From positions 24,242 through 88,241 of the forward strand of contig JANMPT010000117.1 of the NCBI GenBank assembly GCA_031370005.1: 64,000 nt of DNA, read 5' to 3'. The translations under genes were made by a program, and so were the position numbers. Position 1 is the stretch's first letter; each line of letters starts with the position of its first letter. Shown here in pieces: positions 27,014-36,841 of this stretch. The DNA is from Bdellovibrionales bacterium. Lineage in GTDB: Bacteria; Bdellovibrionota; Bdellovibrionia; Bdellovibrionales; Bdellovibrionaceae. The notes under the pieces were generated by a model. The model had not been told where the DNA came from and made no database searches. It saw nothing but the letters and a program-made list of their open reading frames with translations.

Positions 27014-29251
27014 TTAAATTTTTTCCAATCGGGCATATTTAACGATAAATTTTTTGACCGTGCTATCTGCAAACATCACGCTAACCTTAAGGTCCTCGCC
27101 CGATCCCTCAGTTGCAAACACCGAGCCCACTCCGAAGGTGGGATGACGCACGCGCATCCCTTTGTGGAAAGACATTCCGCCGGTAACATCGTCAGAATGA
27201 TAATCCGGGAAACTCTGAGCGCTATGATCATTTCTGTCTTCATCCTGATCGCTCGAGGAGCCATAACGAGACAAAAAGCGAGGGCTTTCAATTGCTGATT
27301 TAAACTCAACTAAATTCTGAGGGATTTCTTTGAGAAAACGTGACGGAGGATTAAATTGTTCTTGTCCCCAGACGCGGCGGACGCGGGTATAGGTTAGCCA
27401 TAATTTTTCGCGAGCACGGGTCATGCCGACGTAGGCTAAACGACGCTCTTCCTCCACATCCTCATTGCCGGAGTCGTCAACTCCGCGATTGCTCGGGAAA
27501 AGGTTTTCCTCAAGGCCAACAATGAAGACAAACGGGAACTCTAAACCTTTTGATACATGCAGAGTCATCAAAGTGACAGAGTTTTGTTCTTGATTGAGTG
27601 AGTCTACATCAGAGACCAAGGCCATCTCCTCAAGAAAGGATTGCAGGTGGCCCTCTTCGCCCCGCTCTTTGGCAAACTGAGTAATGGCATTGTCTAATTC
27701 ATCTAAGTTTTCAATCCGCGCCTTGGCTTCTGGCGAATCATCGGTTTTCAGTGCGGTTACGTACTCAGTGCGATCCAAAAGAATATGGTAAAACTCTGGC
27801 AAATTAAACTGCCTTGCAGAGGTTTGCAGTTCTTCAAGGATGGTTAAAAATCTGCGAATCTTTCCAGTGGTGCCAGCGTTAAACAGCCTGGTATCCATGC
27901 TTTTTTGAGCTGCGACATAAAGACTGATCTTATGCTCAATGGAATACTCTTCAAGCTTATCCACGGTGGTCTTGCCAATGCCCCGAGCGGGAACATTGAT
28001 GATCCTTTTAAAGGCCACGTCATCGGAGGGATTCATGGAAAGCTTCATATATGAAATCATATCTTTGATTTCCATGCGTTCATAGAAACGCACGCCGCCG
28101 ATCAGTCGGTAAGGAATGCCGTGAGTCCGCATTTGCTCCTCAAGGACGCGAGACTGCGCGTTGGTACGATAAAAAACGGCGTAGCTGTTGTAAGTGCCGT
28201 CACCTGACGCCATCATCGAGTGAACGGTCTTCGCGACAAAACGAGCCTCATCGTATTCATTTTTCTCTTCGTGAACTTGAATCAAATCCCCTTCCGCATT
28301 GGAGGTGAATAATGTCTTATCTTTACGCTGGGTATTGTTTTTAATGACGTGTGTGGCAGCCGTAACAATGTTTGAAGATGAACGATAGTTTTCTTCAAGC
28401 TTGACGACTTTGGCCTCTGGGAAGTCTTTCTCAAAATCGAGGATATTCGAGATATCTGCGCCTCGCCAACTATAGATCGATTGATCCTCGTCGCCAACAA
28501 CACAAAGATTACGATGTTTCTTTGCGAGGAGTTGTACTAGCAGATACTGGATATGATTGGTATCTTGGTATTCATCCACCATGATGTAACGGAACTTATC
28601 TTGGTAGGCCTCCAAGATATCAGGATACATACGGAAGATCTCATAGGTTTTTAGAAGTAAGTCGTCGAAGTCGAGACTGTTCGCTTTTTTCATTTCAGTT
28701 TCATAGAGTGAATAGACCTCGAGAGTTTTTGCATCCATGAGAGGGCGGTTGTTTTTGCGGAGCTCCTCAGGGCTAAGGGCTAAAATCTTGGCATCGCTGA
28801 TGCGGCCCTGAAAGTTTTTAGGCGGATACATTTTGTCATTGATGTTCAGAGCTTTCATGACTTTTTTGATTTGGCTCAACTGATCAGAGGAGTCATAGAT
28901 TCCAAAAAAGGCTTTGTAATCCAAAAGGGTGATGTGGGTTCTTAGAACACGAACGCAAAAGCTATGGAATGTGCTAATCCAAAGCTGGCCTCGAACCGAC
29001 ACTCCAATATCCAAAAGGGTTTTATAAATGCGGGCTTCCATCTCTTTGGCCGCCTTATTCGTGAAGGTGACACAGAGGATTTCATCTGGAGCAGCGGCTC
29101 CGCGGGCAATGATATTTGCCATTCTATGGGTTAAAACTCTGGTTTTGCCTGAGCCAGCACCGGCCAGAATCAATATAGGCCCGTTCAAGAGCTCAACGGC
29201 CTCAGATTGAGGGGGATTCAGGTTCTTGGTAATTTTTGCAAAAACATCCAT
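27014..29251 (-). CDS. pcrA: ATP-dependent DNA helicase UvrD/PcrA
   Basis: AGAGSGKT, TFTNKAA, DEYQD, VGDEDQSIY, EERRLAYVGMTRA, C-terminal Tudor-like RVRHPTFG. Confidence 0.95.
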   Translation of the reverse strand: MDVFAKITKNLNPPQSEAVELLNGPILILAGAGSGKTRVLTHRMANIIARGAAAPDEILCVTFTNKAAKEMEARIYKTLLDIGVSVRGQLWISTFHSFCVRVLRTHITLLDYKAFFGIYDSSDQLSQIKKVMKALNINDKMYPPKNFQGRISDAKILALSPEELRKNNRPLMDAKTLEVYSLYETEMKKANSLDFDDLLLKTYEIFRMYPDILEAYQDKFRYIMVDEYQDTNHIQYLLVQLLAKKHRNLCVVGDEDQSIYSWRGADISNILDFEKDFPEAKVVKLEENYRSSSNIVTAATHVIKNNTQRKDKTLFTSNAEGDLIQVHEEKNEYDEARFVAKTVHSMMASGDGTYNSYAVFYRTNAQSRVLEEQMRTHGIPYRLIGGVRFYERMEIKDMISYMKLSMNPSDDVAFKRIINVPARGIGKTTVDKLEEYSIEHKISLYVAAQKSMDTRLFNAGTTGKIRRFLTILEELQTSARQFNLPEFYHILLDRTEYVTALKTDDSPEAKARIENLDELDNAITQFAKERGEEGHLQSFLEEMALVSDVDSLNQEQNSVTLMTLHVSKGLEFPFVFIVGLEENLFPSNRGVDDSGNEDVEEERRLAYVGMTRAREKLWLTYTRVRRVWGQEQFNPPSRFLKEIPQNLVEFKSAIESPRFLSRYGSSSDQDEDRNDHSAQSFPDYHSDDVTGGMSFHKGMRVRHPTFGVGSVFATEGSGEDLKVSVMFADSTVKKFIVKYARLEKI

Positions 29252-29374
29252 AGTTCTGAGAAATCCGCCCTTTTGCTGTATAAATAACGCATATAGTCAA
29301 TAGATCAATTTGCGAGATTATTTTTGTATCTGAAACTTTGTACCTGAAACTTTATAGTCGCCGGAGATCACTTT

Positions 29375-30727
29375 GTGAAGCATTTTGGAATGAGTATCCT
29401 TCAATCTCTTCTTGGAGTTTCCGTAATAGCCCTTGTTTTAGGCTGTAGCCGAGAGCCAGACACTCAACAGGTCTCCGGAGATGTTAAAACGCGCATTCCC
29501 TTTGCGGCAGAGGGAGGATCTTACAGTCTTCAAGAGGTGGTTTTATCAGGAATTAGCTCGCTTTATGAGTTCTCTGGCCGCTATGCGAACTTCTATATTT
29601 ATCCCTCAGTTTCAGAAACCAAAATCTATGGTCATCAGCCAAAAACTCGTTTTCTTAAATCTGGTGACCTGTATATTCCTGAAGATGAGTTGTCCCAACA
29701 AGTCGCTGTGATTTATGCCCATTTTCAAAGATTAGCCGCCTTGGATATTGAGTTGGGCGCAGGGGATGTGAATAGGTGGCCTCGGGACGTGGGGATTGCA
29801 GTTCGTTATAACACAGGCAAAAAGTATCAAACAAATAATGCATTTTATGATGGCACAACCGATTCTATGTTGGTGGTGCCTTATACTCAGGATCATCTTC
29901 CCATTGCGGTAAATGCGGGTATTTTAGCCCATGAACATTTTCACTCTTTGTATTACAAAATAGTCGAGAAGAATGTTTTTAAAAAGCCAATGCCTCTGCA
30001 TGGTCAAGATATTCGTGCGGAAGTTTTGGGACAGAAAATCGTTGAAGAAAATCACCAAATTACTAAACCACTTCCGGAAAATAACGACAGCTTTATTGAG
30101 GACTACCACGCGCTTTTCTCTCGCGGAATTAACGAAGGTTTGGCTGATTTTTGGGCATGGATTTATACGGGTGATCCCGATTTTTTACAAGCCTCCTTAC
30201 CCACTGAAAAAGTTGGACGCAGCCTTAATATGAGCGAAGCCGAGGTGCAGGCGTATAAGTTCCCCAATTCAGAAGTATGGAAAATGCGATTGATCAATCG
30301 CTTTAATGAAAACCCCGAAGACAAGTGTCGCTATGACCGCGTTGCTTATTGTTTAGGGACTGATTACGCACGGACATTGAAACGCTTTACCAATAGAGTG
30401 CAGTCCTCTCGCGGGTTGAGCTCCCAAGACGCTCGAAAAGTCGTGGGTGCTGCCATCGTGAAGGCCCTGCCGCTACTGAGAGAGGGCCTCTTAGCCCTTA
30501 AAAGGACTGAGTATTTTGAGCCGACAAGGTTCTTTAATATGCTTGAAAAATCAGTTGATGGCATTACTAAGGAAGAAAAAGAGTTTCTCGAAGTATTGGT
30601 AACTAACGCGACAAAAAAAGAGGCCACACAAAGCGTGGGATCTCTTCGTTCTTCCGCAGAAGTGATCCCACCATCTGCGAAGATTATTCCTGCACCATTG
30701 TTCCCTGGTCAGGAAGTGGGCAAGTGA
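29375..30727 (+). CDS. Lipoprotein, gluzincin (M4/M36-like) metallopeptidase
   Basis: Lipobox LVLGC, NNAFYDG, HEXXH (AHEHFH), third zinc ligand in INEGLADF. Confidence 0.75.
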   Translation: MKHFGMSILQSLLGVSVIALVLGCSREPDTQQVSGDVKTRIPFAAEGGSYSLQEVVLSGISSLYEFSGRYANFYIYPSVSETKIYGHQPKTRFLKSGDLYIPEDELSQQVAVIYAHFQRLAALDIELGAGDVNRWPRDVGIAVRYNTGKKYQTNNAFYDGTTDSMLVVPYTQDHLPIAVNAGILAHEHFHSLYYKIVEKNVFKKPMPLHGQDIRAEVLGQKIVEENHQITKPLPENNDSFIEDYHALFSRGINEGLADFWAWIYTGDPDFLQASLPTEKVGRSLNMSEAEVQAYKFPNSEVWKMRLINRFNENPEDKCRYDRVAYCLGTDYARTLKRFTNRVQSSRGLSSQDARKVVGAAIVKALPLLREGLLALKRTEYFEPTRFFNMLEKSVDGITKEEKEFLEVLVTNATKKEATQSVGSLRSSAEVIPPSAKIIPAPLFPGQEVGK

Positions 30728-31281
30728 AATTTCTATTTGGCATTATGACAGTTTTATTTTTCGGCTTTGTCTCAAAGGCGGCCGAACAGAAAACTTCACC
30801 ATGGCATGTAAATCTTTTGCCCTTGAACGGAGAATACCGCTATGAACGCGATTCATCTCAACAGACGGTGGATCGCAGCCCGATAAGTCTAGCTGCTGGC
30901 GCGCGAAAAGGGACATCGACAATTTTATTTGAGTATTCTGCTTTCACAGAAAAAACAGGTAATTCAACTCTTTCAATTGATCGCAGCCACCAAGAGTATA
31001 GTTTTTGGTTGAAGGAAAATTTTATGAGCTTTGAGTCAGTAGATTTCTTTATTGGCGGCGGTCTTGGCGCTTACGAGGAAAAAGTTACGACGACATTGGC
31101 GGGCAGCGGCAGCGCGACGGATACAAGTGGGCTACAAATTATGGGCGGTACTTGTGCCGGAGTTCGGACGCTGGTGTTTCGTTATGTTCTTCTTAGTTTC
31201 GAGGGTCGCTTGATCGCGGGAAAGAGCTTTGACCCAAACCCACAGGTGAGTCTCCTAGCGCGTTTAGGAGTAGAGTTTTAA
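30724..31281 (+). CDS. Small outer-membrane beta-barrel protein
   Basis: Signal peptide, ends ARLGVEF, GTGA overlap with the peptidase gene. Confidence 0.7.
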   Translation: MKFLFGIMTVLFFGFVSKAAEQKTSPWHVNLLPLNGEYRYERDSSQQTVDRSPISLAAGARKGTSTILFEYSAFTEKTGNSTLSIDRSHQEYSFWLKENFMSFESVDFFIGGGLGAYEEKVTTTLAGSGSATDTSGLQIMGGTCAGVRTLVFRYVLLSFEGRLIAGKSFDPNPQVSLLARLGVEF

Positions 31282-31311
31282 AAAAAAACCCCGGCTTATT
31301 GCCGAGGCTTT
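31280..31311. terminator. Intrinsic terminator between convergent genes
   Basis: A-run then CCCCGGC-TTATT-GCCGAGG hairpin. Confidence 0.6.
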
Positions 31312-31336
31312 CGGATACGCTTTTTAATCCAATAAA

Positions 31337-32044
31337 TTACTGAATGATTTTTTGAACGAGAGCAGAGCTTAACTTCGCTTTTGTCATAAGCTCTGTTCTA
31401 TAGTCTTGAGCTTCTTTTGGGGTTGCAAAAAGGCCGACGCTGACGCGAAACCAGGTTTGACCTTTAACTTTTGCCGGAATGTAAAAGGCACTGAAGCCCT
31501 TTGATTTTAAATTACCTGCGATTTTTTGTGCCTCATCCTCTTTTGCGTAAGCCCCAACTTGAACTGTGAATTTGCCAGCAGAGTACTGGTCAACATCTTT
31601 GGGGATACTTGACGGAGCACGATTGTCTTTTTCAATTTTATTTTCTTCAACTGCTACGGCCGTGATTGCTTTTCCATGAGTGATATTTTTTGCAGCAGAC
31701 AGGGGCTCTTCTTGCTTAGTCTCCTCGTGACCACCTGTAGCAACGCCCGTTGCCGTGGAGTCGTCGGTGACGAACTCTTCTGCAAGTTTCGCGATCTCTT
31801 CATCACTCATTGTTTCGCCGACTTTGGCAGCAGTGTGTTCTTTTGCAGCTTCAGGTGCAACTTCAGGGGAGCTGTGATCAAGCTTGTTTGGCTCTAGGGC
31901 CGCAAGCTTGTGTTGATTGTCACTGTATTTCTTGCCGACAAAAGTGCCAATTGAAAATGACAAAAGAGAAATAAAAAACACCAGAACCATTTTTACGATC
32001 ACATCAGTTTTAGCGCCCATGTATGAATTCCCTCGGGGTGACAT
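31337..32044 (-). CDS. SPOR domain protein
   Basis: N-terminal TM, low-complexity linker, FTVQVGAY...WFRVSVGLF. Confidence 0.9.
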   Translation of the reverse strand: MSPRGNSYMGAKTDVIVKMVLVFFISLLSFSIGTFVGKKYSDNQHKLAALEPNKLDHSSPEVAPEAAKEHTAAKVGETMSDEEIAKLAEEFVTDDSTATGVATGGHEETKQEEPLSAAKNITHGKAITAVAVEENKIEKDNRAPSSIPKDVDQYSAGKFTVQVGAYAKEDEAQKIAGNLKSKGFSAFYIPAKVKGQTWFRVSVGLFATPKEAQDYRTELMTKAKLSSALVQKIIQ

Positions 32045-32141
32045 AGAAGTTGATTAAGAGTCATTCCATAGACTCTTCTTTTATGTTAGCGTCAGGCGAA
32101 AAGTCGGTCAATAAAGGACCAGTCTAGGAAAGGCGAAAACA

Positions 32142-32993
32142 GTGCACAGCTCGCAAGAAAACCACGACAGTTCAATTGATTTAGGCCAGGCGCTTCAGGT
32201 CGGACTTAAGGCCTGCCGCCTTGGAAGAGAGGTCCTACTCAAATATATTGGCAATCTACAGCATATTTCGGAAAAATTTGAGGCAGGCTTAGTGAGTGAG
32301 GCCGACAAGGAATCTGAGAAAGTTATTTCTGATTATCTTGGGAAAAATTTTCCTAGTATTGATTTTTTGGGCGAAGAGTCGAGCTATGAGGGGACTAAAG
32401 TCCCCTGGACCTCAGCGGGACCCGAGGGGCGTTGGATCTTGGACCCTTTGGATGGAACGACCAACTATGTTCATCAATTCCCTATTTTTTGCATTAGCCT
32501 TGGCCTTGAAATTAATGGCGAGATTCAGGCCGCGGTAATTGATTGCCCGAAGATGGGGGAAACCTATACGGCCATTCGAGGACAAGGTGCCTTTATGAAT
32601 GGAAAGCCATTGAGAGTCGGCCAAGCCCAATATTTGAAAGATGCATTGTTAGCGACCGGATTTGTTGCTGAAAAGAAAAACATCATCGAGGAGCAATTAA
32701 AAATATTTTCCGACGTTGTCTATAAATGCCGTGGAATTCGCAGGCCTGGCGCAGCTGCTTATGATTTGGCATTGGTTGCACGGGGGGTTTTTGATGGATT
32801 TTGGGAAAGAAATCTACAGCCCTGGGATAGCGCTGCGGGTCTGCTCCTTATCGAGGAAGCCGGCGGAAAAGTAGTTACATACAGAGGAAACAAGTACAAT
32901 CCCTATAAAAATTCGATCATCGCGGGCAATGCAATTGTTGTCCAGGAACTCATGAAAATCCTAGCTCCACACTTGAGTGAGAGTACGGATTAA
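32142..32993 (+). CDS. suhB: Inositol monophosphatase family protein
   Basis: LGEE, WILDPLDGTTNY, RRPGAAAYDL, PWDSAAG. Confidence 0.92.
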   Translation: MHSSQENHDSSIDLGQALQVGLKACRLGREVLLKYIGNLQHISEKFEAGLVSEADKESEKVISDYLGKNFPSIDFLGEESSYEGTKVPWTSAGPEGRWILDPLDGTTNYVHQFPIFCISLGLEINGEIQAAVIDCPKMGETYTAIRGQGAFMNGKPLRVGQAQYLKDALLATGFVAEKKNIIEEQLKIFSDVVYKCRGIRRPGAAAYDLALVARGVFDGFWERNLQPWDSAAGLLLIEEAGGKVVTYRGNKYNPYKNSIIAGNAIVVQELMKILAPHLSESTD

Positions 32994-33041
32994 ATCATTG
33001 ATTCAGTGGCCGTGACGAAAGTCTATGCGGCAAAAAATGCC

Positions 33042-33188
33042 GTCAAAAGGATGACTCTGCCTATCGGTATTTTGGTTGCGCCGAGGTCTAGAGAACCCAA
33101 TAAAGAAGGTCCATTTCTTTTATAACTCGTTTGGGCTGCCAAATTCGTGACGAGACTTGACTGACGTCGTGTTGGCACTCCTGTTGCT
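33042..33188 (+). promoter_or_regulatory. Sigma-54 promoter of the fliL operon with an upstream activator box
   Basis: TTGGCACTCCTGTTGCT at 33172-33188 (near-consensus GG-N10-GC). GTCA-AAAGGA-TGAC at 33042-33055. Confidence 0.75.
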
Positions 33189-33229
33189 GCATAACTTCAT
33201 GAGATTGGTGTGTCTTTTCATCAAGGAGG

Positions 33230-33775
33230 GTGGAAGTGGCAGAGGAAAAAGCGGTGGCGGCAGCAGCAGCAGCGCCCCCTTCCGGTGGCGGAAAAAATAA
33301 TATTATTCTGATTGCTCTTGCAGTCATCAATATGTTGGTGGTGGCCGGCGTAGGCTTCATGCTTTATCAAGGCAAGAAAAAAGAAGCGGCGGAGCCAAAG
33401 ATTGAGCAAGTGATCAAGGGAGAAAAAGAAGCTCAGGATCACGAAAAAGAAAACTCTGACGAAAAGAAATTCGTAGGGCAGATAATCCCGCTTGAGAAGT
33501 TCATCATCAATCTTGCAGGATCTAAAGGCCGTAAACTTGCGAGTGTAAGCATCGAGCTTGAAGTGAAGGGGCCTGCCGTTCAAGAGGAGATCGACAAACG
33601 CAAAGCTCAAATTCGCGACATTATTATTATCATTCTTTCTAGCAAGACCTATGAAGATGTTTCTTCAAGAGAAGGCAAAGACAATCTGCGAAATGAAGTG
33701 AAGGACACCATCAACTCTTTCCTTGTTAAAGGAAAGATTTCGAATGTGTTCTTTACTGAATTTATTTATAACTAG
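33230..33775 (+). CDS. fliL: Flagellar basal body-associated protein FliL
   Basis: TM, FIINLA, IRDIII, VFFTEF. Confidence 0.93.
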   Translation: MEVAEEKAVAAAAAAPPSGGGKNNIILIALAVINMLVVAGVGFMLYQGKKKEAAEPKIEQVIKGEKEAQDHEKENSDEKKFVGQIIPLEKFIINLAGSKGRKLASVSIELEVKGPAVQEEIDKRKAQIRDIIIIILSSKTYEDVSSREGKDNLRNEVKDTINSFLVKGKISNVFFTEFIYN

Positions 33776-33784
33776 AGGTCGAGC

Positions 33785-34786
33785 ATGAATCAGGTCCTGT
33801 CGCAAAGTGAAGTTGATGCGCTCTTAGCCGCTGTCTCCGACGGTGAGGTGACGACCGCCGAAAATTCGAAGTCCGATAGTCCTGGCTCCGTAAAAGCTGA
33901 AGGTAAGAACATCGTTAACTACGATTTGACAAGTCAGGATCGTATTATTCGTGGTCGCTTGCCACAGCTGGAAGTCATTTATGAAAAATTCATGCGCGCC
34001 TTTCGTGTTTCTTTATCATCTACTTTGCGCAAGATTGCCTCTATTACATTAACCAGTACTGAGTTTTTGAAGTTTGGCGAATTCATAAACACGCTGCCAA
34101 TGCCGACTTGCATGAGTGTTTTGCGCTTTGGTACTTTACGTGGATCTGCTTTGGTAGTCATTGAAAGCAAGCTGGCCTACGCTTTGGTAGACAGTTTTTT
34201 CGGTGGAGCGGATCGTCCTTATACTAAGATTGATGGTAAAGAATTCACTCAAATTGAGCTATCAATTGTTAAGAAAGTTGTTGAGCTTGCGATTCATGAC
34301 TTGGAAAACGCCTGGGCCTCTGTAGAAAAAATTGATTGCAGTTTTGTTCGTACAGAGGTCAATCCCCAGTTCGTGGGTATTGTCCCGCCGACAGACGTCG
34401 TAATTGCTTCGACTTTTGACGTTGAGCTTGAAAACGCCACCGGAACTATTTCTGTGGTTGTTCCGTACGCAACAATTGAGCCGATTAAGCAGAAACTGCA
34501 ATCTGGATTTCAGGTGGAGTCCGATCAAACGGATAAAAAACTTTGGACAGCTATCATTAGAGAACAGCTTTTAGAAACAAATGTCGAAGTAAAGGTCAAT
34601 CTTGGTCAAACAGAGATTCTTCTTCAAGATCTTATGACGATGAAATTGGGCGACGTCATTCCCCTGGATCAGGATGCCACGGGTGAAATTGATATTCAGA
34701 TTGAAAATATTAAAAAATTTAAAGGTTACTACGGAATACATCATGGGACGGTGGCTGTACAAGTGACTCGTCAGATTAAGAAATAG
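33785..34786 (+). CDS. fliM: Flagellar motor switch protein FliM
   Basis: LSQSEVDALL, EVNPQF. Confidence 0.96.
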   Translation: MNQVLSQSEVDALLAAVSDGEVTTAENSKSDSPGSVKAEGKNIVNYDLTSQDRIIRGRLPQLEVIYEKFMRAFRVSLSSTLRKIASITLTSTEFLKFGEFINTLPMPTCMSVLRFGTLRGSALVVIESKLAYALVDSFFGGADRPYTKIDGKEFTQIELSIVKKVVELAIHDLENAWASVEKIDCSFVRTEVNPQFVGIVPPTDVVIASTFDVELENATGTISVVVPYATIEPIKQKLQSGFQVESDQTDKKLWTAIIREQLLETNVEVKVNLGQTEILLQDLMTMKLGDVIPLDQDATGEIDIQIENIKKFKGYYGIHHGTVAVQVTRQIKK

Positions 34787-34796
34787 GGGGAGAATC

Positions 34797-35201
34797 ATGG
34801 ATGATAATTTAGAGAATCTAGCCGATCAACTTGCAGAAGAAGCGGCCGCGATGAACCACGCAGTCGCAGATAAAAGCGGCGGTGGATCCGGCGGCGGTTC
34901 AGGTGCTGGCAATGAAGGTGGATCCGGCAGTGGTCCAAAAGAAAAAAATTTGCAATTGATCTTAGACATCCCACTGCGTGTAACAGTTGAGCTGGGTCGT
35001 ACAAAAATGCCTGTGAGTGAATTGTTAAACCTGACCCAAGGAAGCGTTATCGAACTCAGTAAATTAGCCGGTGAGCCAATGGAAGTTTACGTAAATGAAA
35101 AGTTGATCGCTCGCGGTGAGGCAGTGGTAGTCAATGAAAAATTTGGTGTGCGCTTAACAGATATTATCAGCCCGACTGAACGTATTGAACAGCTGAAGTA
35201 G
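34797..35201 (+). CDS. fliN: Flagellar motor switch protein FliN
   Basis: ILDIPLRVTVELGRT, ARGEAVVVNEKFGVRL. Confidence 0.96.
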   Translation: MDDNLENLADQLAEEAAAMNHAVADKSGGGSGGGSGAGNEGGSGSGPKEKNLQLILDIPLRVTVELGRTKMPVSELLNLTQGSVIELSKLAGEPMEVYVNEKLIARGEAVVVNEKFGVRLTDIISPTERIEQLK

Positions 35202-35209
35202 AGGTAAAA

Positions 35210-35812
35210 ATGCGACGGATTGTTACAACTGCATTATTGATTGTTGCCTTGTTTTCAATGACAGAAATAGCCATTGCAGCTGAATCTGCTGCTCCTGTTG
35301 TTGATAACATAGCTAATAAAAAAGAATCAGAGATACCTTTGAGCCTGGACACCCCCAAGAAAGCCTCAGAGGACAGTCATCCGATTTTTAAAATCATTTT
35401 AATTTTCTCAATGATGGGCCTTGTAGGCACGGGCGCTTATGTTTATCTGCGCAAGTATTCAAAAAATAATTTTGCGGCCGGTAAAAACAACCAAATTAAA
35501 GTTCTTACTCAGCATTATTTGGGTCCTAAAAAATCCCTGGCGATCATTCGTGTGGCTGGGGAGAGCATTCTAATTGGCATAACAGAAAACAACATTAGTA
35601 TGATCAAGTCCTTAGCCCTATTGGATGATGAAGTCCCTGAGGAAGTTCACAGCAGCAACTTTGCAGATCTCTTCGGTGGGATTTCTGATGCAAAAGTAGC
35701 GTCAAAAAGATCAGTGGAAGCCCCCGAAGAAAACGAAGAGGATGAGTTCTCGATTCGTGGCGTGAAGGAAGTGGTTTCAAAAAAATTGAAAGGCATGAGG
35801 TCTTTTCAATGA
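35210..35812 (+). CDS. fliO: Flagellar protein FliO
   Basis: TM then LGPKKSLAIIRV...ILIGIT. Lies between fliN and fliP. Confidence 0.88.
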   Translation: MRRIVTTALLIVALFSMTEIAIAAESAAPVVDNIANKKESEIPLSLDTPKKASEDSHPIFKIILIFSMMGLVGTGAYVYLRKYSKNNFAAGKNNQIKVLTQHYLGPKKSLAIIRVAGESILIGITENNISMIKSLALLDDEVPEEVHSSNFADLFGGISDAKVASKRSVEAPEENEEDEFSIRGVKEVVSKKLKGMRSFQ

Positions 35813-36549
35813 AGAAATTATTATTGATGGCGGGCGTAGTACTCTTTGGTTCATGGGCTTTTGCTCAGCAAGTGACCTTGCCGTCGGTTAATCTTGGTTT
35901 TAAGACGACGGACAACCCAAATGAAGTTGTTAACGCAATCAAACTGGTTTTGATTATGACTGTGCTGACCTTGGCGCCTGCCATCTTAATCATGATGACG
36001 GGATTTACACGAATAATTATTGTGTTAAGTTTTCTTAGACAAGCAATGGGCATTCAGCAAATGCCGCCCAATCAGTTATTAGTCGGGTTGTCTTTATTTT
36101 TGACTTTTTTTGTTATGGGTCCGGCATTTAAGGAGGCCAACGAAACTGGGGTCCAGCCTTACCTTGCCGGGAAAATATCTCAAGATATAGCATTGGAGAA
36201 CTCGCTCGCGCCTTTGAGAAAATTCATGTTCCATCAAACACGAGATACAGATTTGAGTCTATTTCTAAAACTTGCAAAAATTGAGACTCCAAAAACGCGA
36301 GCAGATGTGCCGACCATTGTTTTGGTTCCAGCTTTTGTAGTTTCTGAGCTGAAAACTGCTTTCCAGATTGGTTTTATTATTTTTCTACCATTCCTAGTGA
36401 TCGACATCGTTGCGTCTAGTGTTTTGATGGCGATGGGTATGATGATGCTGCCGCCTGTGGTGATCTCATTGCCATTTAAAATTATGCTCTTTGTTTTGGT
36501 TGATGGGTGGGGTCTTTTAATTGGTTCGATGGTTAAAAGTTTTGGATAG
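35809..36549 (+). CDS. fliP: Flagellar export protein FliP
   Basis: FTRIIIVLSFLRQAMG, PAFVVSELKTAFQIG, LPFKIMLFVLVDGW. Confidence 0.97.
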   Translation: MKKLLLMAGVVLFGSWAFAQQVTLPSVNLGFKTTDNPNEVVNAIKLVLIMTVLTLAPAILIMMTGFTRIIIVLSFLRQAMGIQQMPPNQLLVGLSLFLTFFVMGPAFKEANETGVQPYLAGKISQDIALENSLAPLRKFMFHQTRDTDLSLFLKLAKIETPKTRADVPTIVLVPAFVVSELKTAFQIGFIIFLPFLVIDIVASSVLMAMGMMMLPPVVISLPFKIMLFVLVDGWGLLIGSMVKSFG

Positions 36550-36558
36550 GGGTAAGCC

Positions 36559-36831
36559 GTGACCGAAGAAATTATTATAAAACTAGGACAAGATGCACTT
36601 CGAACCACTGCAATGTTGGCAGCTCCCATGTTGCTAAGCACTTTGGTGATTGGCTTGGCAGTGAGCATTTTTCAAGCACTGACACAGATCAATGAGTCAA
36701 CATTGACTTTTATTCCAAAGATGGTCGTGGTTGCCTTGGTGTTTGTGTTGGCAGGACCTTGGATGATGGATGTTATGAGTAGCTACACGATTACTTTGTT
36801 TGAAAATATTGCAACTATCGTGCGCGAATAA
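36559..36831 (+). CDS. fliQ: Flagellar export protein FliQ
   Basis: FQALTQINESTLTFIPK. Confidence 0.96.
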   Translation: MTEEIIIKLGQDALRTTAMLAAPMLLSTLVIGLAVSIFQALTQINESTLTFIPKMVVVALVFVLAGPWMMDVMSSYTITLFENIATIVRE

Positions 36832-36841
36832 GGAGAGCTCG

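Noticed and set aside
34870..34935. Gly/Ser tract in FliN
   Set aside because: An ordinary variable linker before the SpoA domain.
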